DNA from: Ylistrum balloti
Lineage: Eukaryota
NCBI RefSeq assembly: GCF_031769215.1
Contig: NW_026781861.1
Location: 744,001-808,000, forward strand
DNA length: 64,000 nt
Direction: 5' to 3'
Each line of letters starts with the position of its first letter. Within the stretch, counting starts at the first letter, position 1. Position numbers and translations under genes: made by a program. This document shows positions 14,901 through 28,500 of the stretch, piece after piece. The notes beneath the pieces are model-generated. The model was not told the origin of the DNA. It was given only the letters and a program-made list of their open reading frames with translations, and searched no databases.

Positions 14901-16470
14901 TATTTGTGCTAACAGTCTAGATCAATCTATCAGATATAATATGCACTTCATGACAAAGGACGACAAAATGCGCATGGATATCCAAATGGTAAAATCTAGA
15001 TTTTCTAATCTTAAAAATGATATCATTTTAACGATACTGATTCGGAAATGAACAATGACTATCACAAATAATCAAAAGGGATGTGTTTTAAATATAGCCA
15101 ACGTTGATAAAGTCATTCTCATATAACAGATTGAAATTCATAACCTGGTGTAAAACGGTTGCGCGTAAGTGTTGCAATATTGTAGGGAACGGCAAATAGC
15201 ATGTGATTACTGAATCAAAATATACTTCACCTTCTGGCCTCCAGGACGGAAAAGAAGATACTTATCCTCGGACATACAGAATCCAAATGTTTCGTCGAAA
15301 AGATCTGGTTGTCCACTAAGCGACAGGTAGATTGGTGTAAAATACAGCCATTTACAAACAGTTTGTGTTTGTCGATTAGCACTATATAAGGATGTAGATA
15401 CCATATAGGTCTGTGCTAGATAGTTCGCTCGCTAGCTACCTCGTCCTCTGGATGCCAGTTCCCTACTTGGGCTGCTCGTCTTCACCTAGCCACCGGCAGG
15501 CCACCACTAATAGGGTGTACCGGTATAGTTTTGGCAGTCCACCTCTAGCATAGTCAACCTACCATCTGGCAGATTTTTTTTAAGAAAAAGCATTTCTTCG
15601 TCTAAAATGCCAAGTTTATGTGTAGAAAAATTTTATATGCAAAACATCTAGCATTTATATCCACAGCGTCCCACACGAAGCAAATTAGAATCGAGAATTT
15701 GTCATGTTTTATGATTACATTAATACAACACAGCTTTCAGTTTAGGTAGCTAATTTGTCTTGGAATCTCCTTACCGTTGGAATGAGAACGTCAAGTTGTT
15801 TGGAGCAACATACCAACAAAGACGATTAGACCCCATCTCACCTGATAAACAACTAATGTTTTATAGGTTGAAATCACGATAACGACTCAGTGAAAATGAA
15901 AGTCATATTCTCTCATCATAGTATTCAGTGATCGTTGTCTTTAGTTCGTTTACCTGACAAGGAATAAGGTTAAACAAGTCAGTCTATGTATGGTACAACA
16001 GTTCATCTGATGGTTAAGATATGCTGATTAACTTGTGCATATCATTTCTCTTATTGACATTTGAATCCAAATTCATGTAGGAAAAACGGAAAATTTTTCT
16101 ACGATTGTCAAAATCACAATATTTTACAAGTCATACTGCAATGCAAATGAAAGAGATTAAAAGAAGTCTATGATGTATTTTTGGCAATAGGTCTGTTTGA
16201 TCTGAAGTCCGTTCCGCTGCAAATGTTTGTGTTTAAGGCAGAATATCTTTATCGTTTCAGATGACGCCGTCGGCATACCTTTATTTTGTTGGTCTTTGGC
16301 TATGCTAAAACTGATGTGATAGCCGTTCAGAAATACTGAACAGAAAACAATAACTTAAGTAAGAAACTTTATCCCGATGTTATCATTAGCTCTCATAACG
16401 ACAATGTCAGGGTATATGATAACTAAATTACCAAATCATGAGCCGAACAAGTGGTTTTAGATTTAACGCA

Positions 16471-16515
16471 TCAATGAAGCAGAACAAGCTTACCCTTCCG
16501 TAAAACCTGGTCTTA
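16471..16515 (+). repeat. Dispersed ~60-bp repeat, copy 3 (partial)
   Basis: tcaatgaagcagaacaagcttacccttccgtaaaacctggtctta. Confidence 0.55.
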
Positions 16516-19500
16516 TGTCCCTTGTTCTGTTACAGGAGTCCTGGAATTATTTCCATTGTTCATATTTCGCCCTAATTTTATTATATTTGGGTTATGATTA
16601 CATGAACAAGATATGTTCTTGTTTTTATGTGCCGTGTAAAATTGTACAACACAAGAGAATAGGACATTTTCATGATTTAGAGTGAGATGAAGTAAATCCA
16701 AGCCATGAATTAAATTGCATCATACTGCTGTTTCATCCTTCTAGGACTCGTATATTATTTCAATAGCCTAAAATTGGAATTGCAGCAGTCCCATAATAAG
16801 ATAAATTTCGGAATTTTCAGATAATTTTCGAAATTCTCTGGTTTCAGCAAAGGCGAGTTTGAATCTTATAGTTAAGCTGTTACCTTTTTTGTGGTAAATA
16901 GGGAAATCACAAATGTGAAATACCCTGAAGAAAATTGTCGATCAATTTTCTAATGAGACGAAAGGGAATAAATGAAAATTCGTTCAACAATTTTCAAAGT
17001 AAAATTTTCTTACTTAATTGTTAAATCATTATCGATTCATCGATTCGGCAAAAGTTACTGAATCTAACAACCTACTGAAAGAAAATATTTCGGAACCAAT
17101 TATGAGACCCCGAGCAGTTTGGTAGACGTTATATTTTATAAAATTGTGCTGCTAGAATAAAAATCAACGAATTTGTGAATGATCACATCATTTGAGAATA
17201 CTTGAAGGCAAACACATTTTCCATTAGCTATATTTACCTTTTATATTTTGTTGCTATGTTATTACAAGCAACTTGTCTATGAACAAATATAGTACATTAG
17301 TCATGTAAATAATCATGAAACCTGGCTGTCCATGAGAATAAGAAACGTGCAAAACGATACCAATTCAGTTGACCAGACTGACATCTAATGCTTTCACGAC
17401 GTTGTTTTGACATTTTTGATCTTAATGTATACAATATTTTGTAAACTGGTCCACATTGAACAGAATCGAGGGCAGTGTATAGGTTTCGTACGATATGCGT
17501 ACAGCACGTTAATCTTTTAAAGGTCAATCTTATGATGTGATATGTATGCCGAACTGATTTGATGGATTTCGTCAGTAATTCTGGTTGTTACTCATAGGGT
17601 CAATATCATGTCCCTAAAACCTAGCACCAGTATATAACATTTTATTTGTTATCAGTAATATAGATATATTAGGGTTAAGGTGGCAAAGATTCGTAGGCCA
17701 CAGTGTTTTCAGAATTATGAATTGAGTAGATGGAAAGTGTTGCTTGCATTACTGGAGCATTTGGTCTTGTTCTTCTTTAATTATTTATGTCTTGTCATAT
17801 TTATTCCAGTTTCATCGAATCGGAGTTTGAATTAGTTTTTTTTTATTTTTATTATTTTTATTTCTTTTTTTTTCAGAAAACCTTCATTTGAAAAGGAGCG
17901 TCTAATGCCTTCTGATCCGATTCTAAATATTTTTCATAATTAATTTCAAATTCATCCAGAGATGACGCGACAGCGAATACAACATTTTGATATCTACATA
18001 ACTCGCATTTGATATGTATAAGATAATTCACATTTAATGCTTTATAAATTGTAAGTTTTAAATGGAAGATGTTAGAGCTGAATATCATGTTGCAGCAATT
18101 TTTTATAACAAATTTGCCTTTAAATACAATTGTCAGATCGCACAGGGTTATACTATAAGCGATGATCGACTTCAACACAAAAGTACACGATGAAAGGTTT
18201 GGGTAGGTTATGGCTTTGTATTACTTTCATTATAACGGTTTCAATATACACCAACCACACGTACATCCTTATAAGTACATGATAAATCATCGACAGGGAC
18301 ATGATGTCCGATAAGGTAGGAAAATGTGAGATGTTCGTTTCTTTTTTGTGTGATCGTAAAATATGCGCGTTTATTTAGCATGAGGTTGTCTTGTTATGTG
18401 ATGGATAGCTTTTAGAAAAATCTACTAAAGCCATTCATAAAACGTTGATTTAATACTTTAATTATACTTTAATTCTCGTTTTCAGCTGCAAAAACACAGT
18501 GGCTTAAAGTAAACACCATATGCATGGCTTATACCTCACATCAAATGTTTTTGTTTACTTGTTTGTTTTTATTATCGGATGCTTATTCTGATGATATTCA
18601 AGGCTACATGTCCTGTTAAGATTCATAACTATAAAATACTGTTTGTTTTTATCATAAAAAGATTGTCACGTTGATTCTTTACTAGAAAATATTTTTGTTG
18701 GTAAAACATTTCGTGGTTTTCCTAAAACAAAAACTATTTAGTGGTCTCCTGACATTCTTTATGTATAGTTTTAACAAAAATCCTGTGATATTAAACAACT
18801 TTGTTAAGGTTGCAGATTCGTCGACATCTTTTTACAATGAATAATATATACCATCTAATTCAACGAATAGTAACCACCACGAAAACAAAAACAAAAATTA
18901 ACAGCATTACACCTATCAAACTATACAAAATATGTCAGACGAAGCAGAATGAATTGAATGTCATTGTCATGATGTAACCATTTGAATGAATATACCTTGT
19001 TTTCAGCAGGATTCAGTCATAATAATAAGATAATAAAGCTTAATGATTTCGTTCCTTTTTATTGTAACAATTTTTAGAATACAGAAATGTGACCTGCACA
19101 TATCATATAACGTGGATAAAGCATGTTGTAACAAAACAAAATATTATACACTATCCATATTTATAAACAACAAAACATTTCAATAATAAAAGTACATTAA
19201 AAACGTTTGCTTGCGACTGTTTGTCAATATCACAATGATCGCACAAATGCGATCTCAATATTTTTATAATCGCCTCACTAGCAATTGATAAAAATTAAAA
19301 AGCGCTGATATTTTTAATACATACACTGTTAGTCTACATATTCAATCAAATTGAAATTCTCATGTATAAAAAATATCACATCGCAATGTGCACCATTGAA
19401 ATAGCAACTCGACACACGCCGATAACTAAAGCTGAACTAAAATGTGTATTTAACCAAATTCGTTTTACCGTCGTGATATAAGGAGAAGATTTGCGACATT

Positions 19501-19707
19501 TTATTTTCTTTCAAAAAGTAATTTAAAGATTGAAATATGGATTCATTTTCAACCTGAGTACAAACAAAATAGAAGGGTAATCATCTGTTTGGCCGTATTT
19601 AAATCCTATAAACATAGAACATTAGTGAGATGTCCTGTTACAACGTCAAATTGGTCTCATGCATCGCTGGATGATTTACACTGAGACTCCTCAAATCGTA
19701 GAAGAAG

Positions 19708-19772
19708 AATAAGACCAGGTGTTCCGAAGAGTAAGCGTCTGCTGCTTCATTGACAAAACCAGCCATGTAAAT
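19708..19772 (-). repeat. Dispersed ~60-bp repeat, copy 4
   Basis: Minus strand atttacatggctggttttgtcaatgaagcagcagacgcttactcttcggaacacctggtcttatt. Confidence 0.6.
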
Positions 19773-20915
19773 TTTGGTAACTGTTTTTACATTTGAATTT
19801 GATTTTCATTTGTTCAGTTGTCTGTACACATAGATACCAGTTGTTTGACAGTGTGTGCACGGTGTGTAAAGTATAAATATTTCATAATTATGACGAATAA
19901 CATTTTCACAAATCAGTGGATTTTTAAAATGAGTTAATGAGTTTGTTTGAAAGAAATAAGAAATTGGATGTACTTCAACAAAAGAAAGCAAACTACCGTC
20001 CAGCGGTGATTGGATTGAACAATGGTAAATATGATAAGAAATATGAACGAGTAAATACACAACATCATAAATAGCCACTTTTTGTTGCCTTGTGTCGTTA
20101 TAATGTTGAAATTACAAAAAGATTGTCACAGCATCTTGTACACAGCAACACTATGACAATTTAAATCACGTTACATCACATGATCGCTCACCATTCAAAC
20201 ACGCATCCAGGTTTTACAAGTGGAATCGTGATTTTTTATGATTAAAATATATTTTGTGTGAAAGGGCAGATTTAGACAACAAATTAAAATTAATTTCAAA
20301 AAATAACAAACAAATACAAATGAGGAGACAGACGAACTGAAACGCACTATAAACTCAGCAACGTAGCAAAATAGATTTAAACATTTTATATGATAAATGT
20401 CTAGTTGATATTTCATATTTTGAAAAACTGTTTTATAACTGGCTACTTCAACGACATCGCGAATAATAACATTAGGATGATTTCACGTAAATCATTTCAA
20501 TTCTCCAATAGAATTATTCAAAAGGAATCAGAAATGATTCAATGATTATTCAAGTATTCTCAAAACTATTATAGAGTTCATTTTCATTTTCTATAACTTT
20601 AACAGGTTGAATGATATTTTAGGACGGATAAATAATAAGTAGAATTAATCACACTACTAATAACAGAACTTACTTAAACGTATCTCAAGGCGCGGCTAAT
20701 TCAACTAGCAAGACATCTGCCTTTCCATTACATTTCGGTAATTCTAAACGCGCATGTGTAGACAAATAGACAGCTATCACTTTTTATAGAATAAGATTTC
20801 ATAGTCCTAAAATAACTTTTAAATTGAAATTGAAGGTTTAATTGTATTATAATTTCGACTGCGTTCTAGTTAACAGGGATCGTGGGTCGCATACAAATTA
20901 ACGAATGCAATTATA

Positions 20916-23900
20916 TTAGTGCAAATGAGGAATATTAGTAGGTGTGTCACTGTCCATCTGTAGGCCGTGATTTCTATATCCACTAAACAACATTTTCTGT
21001 GTCAGTAGTGATGACATTTGTGCATTGTAAATTCCTGGTGTGTTCGCACGAACATTGCGTGGTGGAGGCGACGATGAAGTATTGAGCTCAGAATGGTATG
21101 GAATGTTAACCATGACAGGTGTCGGCGCTGTTGGTCCTGCTGGCATCTTGCCATTATACGCGTCCTGAAAACAGAAAAGAAAGCGTAACTTAATTATTTT
21201 TTTTTTTTTTGTCGTTAAATTTACCTCTCGGATTCCTTTCAAAATTCTTTGACACCCTCGAAAAATGTAAACAGGAAAAACCTATAATACTAAAGCAGCC
21301 TTAATAAATAGTTGACAACGACAAGAGCAATAAAAACAAAACAACCTAATAATAGAAAAGCAATACAGCACAAATAAAACTGCAATCATCACTATTCTGG
21401 ATTTTGATAATCAAAAACGGTTTAGATTTTATCAGAAGTCAGGTAAGGCATCCACTGATCAAAATTTTGTTTGTTTTCATTATGCATTCATCACAACTTA
21501 TGTATTACATAAGCCCGTATATTCCTTAAACTTACAATCTGGTTTATGAACGTTTAAATCACGCAAAGGGTGCATCAAGCAAGTAGTTATATATGATTCT
21601 AACATTTGTGAATGAGCAGCAACGTTCACAAATATTCATTGTGATAGATATCACCTCAAAGCTACTAGGGTTGCAGTACACAGTTTCTCGGTGTGGCCAT
21701 GGGTAGTGTCTTTATTCATTAGATTACCCCATTATGAAGGTTTTATTTAAGATTTAAAAATAAATCCTTGCTAAAATTGGTAATGTCATATTGAAGTGTC
21801 TACGCACCAAAACAAGCTTTACAGGAAGTGAAATGTTCATAGTGTTTACACGTGGTCATGTTGTGAAGTTGGAATTTGCTGAAATATAAGTAGTTTGTTA
21901 CCGTGACAGTGTTGTTGGTTTTAAGACCGGTGTTTCGTCTCCTCGCGTGACAGGCTAGGTATATTCCAACAGCGATAAGGATGATGAGAAGTAACCCTGC
22001 CACGCCCACAGAAACTCCAATCACCAACACATTTATCAATTCGTCTGAAACAACATACATCAGTTCTTTGAACAGTTGTCGACAACTGACATGTTTTTTT
22101 TACACAAGTAAGGTTGTGAACCATATTGAAAAGTTAAATCATGTCAAAATGAATTATGAATTAGAAACTCACTACACATTTTGACAACAGCCAGACAAAA
22201 TAGTGCCATCGCTACTATAACACAGCATCACAACACTTATTTGGCTGATAGTTAATACATGTCCGAAGTAGGCAATAATACTTGCACAAAATTAAAGTAC
22301 AAGTATATGCAAAATGTGTCAAAGTAACATTGCTGTAAGTTTTACTTACCTGTCTCCACAGCTGCTTGTGTAGTTGAAGACATCGCTGTCAGTGGAGTTG
22401 TACTAGTTGTTGTAGATGTACTGTTTGTAATTGGGCCGATGCTTGGAGTGGAAGTTGAAGTGGTAGTCGTGATAGGAGTTGTAGTTGGTGTAGTGGTTGT
22501 TGTGGTAGGAGTTGTAGCTGTAGTTGGTGTAGTGGTTGTTGTGGTACGAGTTGTAGTTGGTGTAGTGGTTATTGTGGTAGGAGTAGTAGTTGTAGTTGGT
22601 GTAGTGGTTGTTGTGGTAGGAGTTGTTGTTGTAGTTGGTGTAGTGGTTGTTGTGGTAGGAGTTGTTGTTGTGGTTGGTGTAGTGGCCGTTGTGGTAGGAG
22701 TTGTTGTTGTAGTTGGTGAAGTGGTTGTTGTGGTAGGAGTTTTAGTTGTAGTTGGTGTAGTGGTTGTTGTGGTAGGAGCTGTTGTTGTGGTTGGTGTAGT
22801 GGTTGTTGTGGTAGGAGTCGTAGTTGTAGTTGGTGTAGTGGTTGTTGTGGTTGTAGTAGTAGTTGGTGTAGTGGTTGTTGTAGTAGGAGTTGTAGTAGTA
22901 GTTGGTGTAGTGGTAGTTGGTGTAGGTGTTGTTGTAGTTGCAGTTGAAGTGGTGGTTGTTACTGAACATGAACCACAGCATATATCTAGATTGGTCTGAC
23001 TATAAAACTGACAATTTTCTGCTTTGCATTGTGGGCTCCTGTCGCCGTATTCACATCCTGAAAATATAATTTCATTTTCGTTATTTTACATGTATATATA
23101 CACGCCATTTACTATTTCATAATGTTATTAGTCATATCATCAATGATTTTACAAAAGATACACGTGTGAGCAACATATTTTGATACATATGCAGATGAGT
23201 AGAGCCAAGGAATGTACAAAACTGCAACATACGGTTGTTTCGTTTACCTAGGATTAGTCAGCGAGGTTAAGGGCCTAATTGTTAATCACGGGAGACAACT
23301 GTGGAAAAAAACAAAAGTAAATTTCGTATTTTTTTTTATATCAGATTAAGTTTTTAAAAAAAAAAAATCGGATGTATCAAATCGTGAAAAGCAGATTGTC
23401 GCAAACCTCCTCCAGCAGTGTCTCCCAACTGTTATCACAAAGTTTGTACAAAAGACACAGACGTGAATAGCACATTTAAATGTGAATAAAGAAAAGATAC
23501 AGTAGCATAAAACGAACAATAAAACATCGATTTAAATATTTTAAATCAACTTTTACAATACGGAGTACACTACACAAATGATATCATTAAAGTGTATTAC
23601 AATTGTACCTGGAATTCCGGTGTAGAGGGCGCCACATGTACTACAGCAGTAACTGTACCATCCCGTGGAGTTACAGTTGTACTTATTAAGTTGTGCAATA
23701 CTTTCGCAGGTGTGGCCCGACGACACTATTCCAGATTGATCTCCAAATGGACACATGTCTGTAATAACCAAGATTCATATAATTTTGGGAATTATATGCA
23801 AAATAGGCTTAATGAATTTAGGCAAGAAAGCAAAGGTTGGATAAAGGAGTTTTCCCAGAAATCTTTGCTTTGATTCTTGCTTTTTTTCTTTCTTTTTTTC

Positions 23901-25472
23901 ATTTTTGTTTGTTTGTTTTTGTCTGAAAAAGGCTTTTCTGATTATCTTATCTTATCAAAATGTATCCATATGTTTCATCTTTATGTAAAATCCTATATAT
24001 GTGGATGTTATAACATTTGATATAACGTGAGTTAACAAGGGGAGGCAATCCTTACATAATGCATTGAAAGCATACATGATAGGATAGGCTACTTTATCTA
24101 GAGAGGTTTGCTTTAGTTTTATCTGATTATTAGTTATCTACTTTATCTCTTCTTTGCTTACCTGATACGCTCGGTGCTGACATGTTGGATACACAGGCTC
24201 CTTCCACACACCACTGAAACACGATGAAGATGTTTTGAATAGAGGTGATAAATTATAAAGACACAGGTACTTCTTTTACGTGCCCTCCAGTATATCAATC
24301 CAGTACAGAAAATGTACTTTACATACCTTTCGAACACGTTATGTACATTAAAAGCAATGTTTCTGAATACTGACCTTGTTTTTTCCACAGGAGGTACCGT
24401 CAGCGGGAACGTGTTCAGAGCAGAAGCCGGACCCGTCTGCCAAGGAACAATACATCCTGTTACATATACTGGAGTAGTCCTGGTAGTAGAACGCCTGAAA
24501 AATACATTCTAATGAAGTCATCCAATATCAGAAGGAAAATATTTAGACTTCCTGAATAATAGTGTTAGTGTGCAACCCGAAATAATTTGATATTTAAGTA
24601 GATCAGTTCTGATTTCCCAGACTTTTAATATCAAAACCTCTAACATCTCTGACCAGTCCTAGAAAGATGAAACAGTTGAATGATGCAGAAAAATGCAGAA
24701 TAATTCATTATTTTGCTAAAATGTATATTATTTCGTTTTTTCATGGATTGATATTCCATTGTGTGTGTGGTTTTTTTTTTTTTTTTTTTTTTTGTAATTC
24801 TTTACAACGTTTTAATAAAGGTATTGCAATGAATGTATTTGTAAAAGATGGCTCTAGTATAAGATAGTAATCTGACATATCCGAAACAACAATATCATAT
24901 TCCGTCGTGAAAATATGATATTGCAAAATCCGATATTCTGGTTTTGACACAATGGCAAATTTGTAAAGGTAAAGTAAAATGAATTCGCCATAGTTTACAA
25001 ATACAAGTTCCTTTACAGCATCAAACTATTTTACTAATGTGTCCTTTCATTATAACAACATTACAATATTACATACCCTGCAAAAAAAGGAGTTCTCGCC
25101 AATTATGTGTCTACATTGTTCATCTGCATCATAGATCTGACCAGGGATAAGTTGATCGTATGGTGACAAGGCCGTAGGGTCAAAATTTGCACTCAAGGAG
25201 GTTAAGCAATTCGACCCCAACCTGAAATGTTATTTTTATCATTATTATTGCATTCTTAACGGCCAGTCAACACATTTTTTATTCAAAATTTAAATATTTT
25301 TTTTGCATCTCTTATATTTTCCAAACATTTATGCAAAGACATATTAATTACTCCCTTTCACTCATAAACATAAATACTTCTACTTGAACACTTAACATCA
25401 TCGTCATCATCATCATCCTTATTATACACATCATCATCACCACACACAACCATCACCACCACCACCACCACC

Positions 25473-25504
<32 letters not shown>

Positions 25505-28500
25505 TGTTGTTGTGAAAATAATTTTACACTAAACACATTTATACATCGCTCTGCATATGACATCATACATAATCACGTCTCTATCCGGAAAAATATGTGT
25601 CCATTATGTTGTTGTCTACTTACTCGAGCGAGGCGATAAAGGATTGAAAATCATTAACACTACATGTAGAGAACCTCCATGGATTAGATGCTGTTGATCC
25701 TAGGTGAATGACACTCGTAGCTGCCATAATATAACCATCATTAAATGAACAAGAATTTCCCTCCCCATCGTGTGATGCACCCAAACTGCAAAGAAAACGA
25801 TAGTCATCTGTCAAAGAAATACAGGAGTTATGCCTGCAAAGTAAACATTGTACTTCCTATAAAACAAACTTCACAGAAACATTATGTTCAGAATGATCTG
25901 ATTACAATATGAAAAATACGTACAGCAATTTTAGAAAACAAATGTAGAAGTTAAATGATATATTATAACCGGGTATGTTATTTGATTTGCAAATTCTCCA
26001 ACGAATTACCAACTTCACTGTAAAGCAAAAGGCAAAAATAACAACAAAACAAATAAAAAGAAAAAAGACAAATAAACGAAAAGACACGAACGATAAAGAA
26101 ACAGTGTTGATAAATAGATATACAATACCTACCTATGACCTAGTTCGTGAGCTGCGATTGTCATTATACCAAAATCAAACAAATCTTCTACCACTGATTG
26201 CTTACTGGATGAACACATCCCTTCTAAATAAGCTAGACCTGTTGATAATAGATGTACAATGTAAAAAAAGCAAACTATGCATGCAGTTGCTGACATAAAA
26301 CAAAGGATTATATTAAAGGCACGTTTATATGACACCTACTGTAAATTATTATATGATTTATATAAACTACACGATATTGGAGTTCTCAATATCTTTTTTC
26401 AATTAAGATGGTTTTACAAAGCAAAAAATCCTGTGGAATAAATCAACTAAATGATGGAAGAAATTAAGTAAATGAAGCCACCTACTTTTAAAGATTGTTT
26501 CGTCACCACTAAATGAAAAAGTAAAAAAGCACAATTCAGTAACCCCCTATCTTTAAAGAATTGTTCATTGCTGGTAACCTACCTGCTACTCCACTATCAC
26601 CGTTGTTGAAAAAGTCGTATCTGAAAAATAAATATCACTTATGATTGTATATGGTATTAACTGAAAGTGACATACATTCTCAAATCTATATCTATATCGC
26701 GGCTGTCGCGGTGAAGATAAAATTGAACATTGAGAATTGAACATCAGCTCTTTTGTTCATGTACTATTACAATCACTATAACAACATTAAAAGCACAAGA
26801 TTATATTCATGTAACTATCGATTACATTTATTACTTCCGGTACTCACTTAGTGAACAACATCGCATGATCATGACCTGGAAGACCGGAAGTACTTTGTTC
26901 CCATGTCCGGAATTTAGTCAAGACTGTATCAATATCTACAGCATAATTATTGCCGTTTGGTATTCTATCTTCCGTCCATGTTGATGTTGCTAAGCTCTGC
27001 AAGGTCGAGAAATAGCATTGAAGTAGGAACGGATTTGTTAATAATAGACGTATTTGTGAAGATTGTCGCATATAATGGTACTCGTATGTTGATCAGCAGA
27101 TGCACTGCTTCAACGGAAAGATAGAATCCAAAATTACGAAGCAGAATTATTTTTTTGTGAGAAATCCTTTACATTAATCATTTATTTTTACTTTTAAATA
27201 TTAGTCCTTTTTCCCTTAATTTTTGTTTCTAAAACGATCAAATTTAACAAGTCCTTGTACTTACGTCTGATATATATATGCCTGCAAAAACCACACTGAT
27301 GGACATCGAGGATGATACGATACTCCTATAACGAACATCAATCTAAAAATAACAAGAATGAAATTATATTGTCATCAAAGCATCAAATGTTCTGTATGCA
27401 GTTGGATAATATTGTCTGTCAGTAAGAATCTACATTATATGTATTTTAGTTTCTATTTTGTAAGGCGCTTAAATAATACTTTAAGTACGAATATTAACGA
27501 TAGCAAAATGGAAGCATTTTTTCACTCTAATCATAACTCGAGGCACGCCTTCAAAACCAATATAAACGCATGCAGGATATTCCGCCTCGTTGTCCAAGGC
27601 TGGAAGCATCGTCTTGTTTTCGCTATTATCATCGTACCTATCTGTTGTTGTCGATTATATTCGTCTAACTTATCACTCTACTTACGAAATCATACGATCA
27701 ATTAATCGGATAATTCCCCAGATATCAACATATCAACGTTTATCAACTTTTAAGTGTTAATATGGAAATTGTTTTTTTCTAATATTGAACTAATTGCAAA
27801 TAGTTTAAATGGCGTGGAATTTTCGCTGCAGTTAAACTTAAGAATTTTGCTTTTGTGTAAATAGGAAGAAATTTTCGTTTTTTTTTTTTTTTTTTTTTGT
27901 TTATGTTTTTTTTATCGTAAACTGTTCTTGCCTAGCGTGAATTACACGAGCTATTTTAACTACTTTGAAATAGTGCAGTAATAAATAGAACAAATACTTA
28001 CTGCATTAATGACAAAAGAATAAAACTGACGAACGGATGCTTTTGCCTCCTCGTCTTTCTCTGATGTCGTTGTTGCTGTGCTATCATCATACCAACTACA
28101 AAAGAAACAATATTGTGTTGAAAATATTTCTATTAAAATGCTGACTAAATTATGTTGTCACCTAATACCTGGTCGGTTACCAGAAATAAACATAATCGGT
28201 TTTCAGATGTCCTACTTTCCGCTATTTGTTGATTAAACATATGCTTACTGAGGGGGGGGGGGGGGAATCATATTTATAACCTTTAAAAATTACACACAAA
28301 TAGTATACCTTGTTGTAATACACGAAAACCTATTCATATATTCTCTGTTCATCTTGCCTGCAGAAAGGAACGTAAATATTTGAATATGTATATTTCCCGA
28401 AGCATTTTCTTCTGCTCGGTACAAATACATTGCGTACCACTGCATTCTGTAAACTTAATCTAAATCATAGATATTCCTCTTGGCACTGGTACTAGTTTTA

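Noticed and set aside
7000-20900. Numerous 60-100 aa ORFs in the supplied track
   Set aside because: Low-complexity or TTG/GTG starts, no motifs and no consistent exon chain. This is what chance produces in AT-rich DNA.
21604-21633. 9-bp stem hairpin ATTTGTGAA...TTCACAAAT in the last protease intron
   Set aside because: Short and AT-rich, so expected by chance at this window size. The same applies to similar stems at 8108-8144 and 10284-10316.
22439-22999. 186-aa Val/Gly-rich plus-strand ORF (and the 79-aa Asn/Tyr/His ORF 22742-22981)
   Set aside because: These are antisense and off-frame shadows of the Thr/Pro mucin exon. The codon repeat lacks stops in those frames.
25396-25504. Apparent poly-His coding tract
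   Set aside because: Intronic microsatellite with no splice sites or frame linking it to the gene.
28252-28265. G14 homopolymer as a possible G-quadruplex element
   Set aside because: A single intronic homopolymer whose length is unreliable in assemblies, with no supporting context.
28309-28357. 49-nt segment with good AG/GT sites in a protease intron
   Set aside because: It is not a multiple of 3 and the flanking exons already join in phase (Y|W), so inclusion would frameshift. A poison exon cannot be excluded, but there is no evidence for one.
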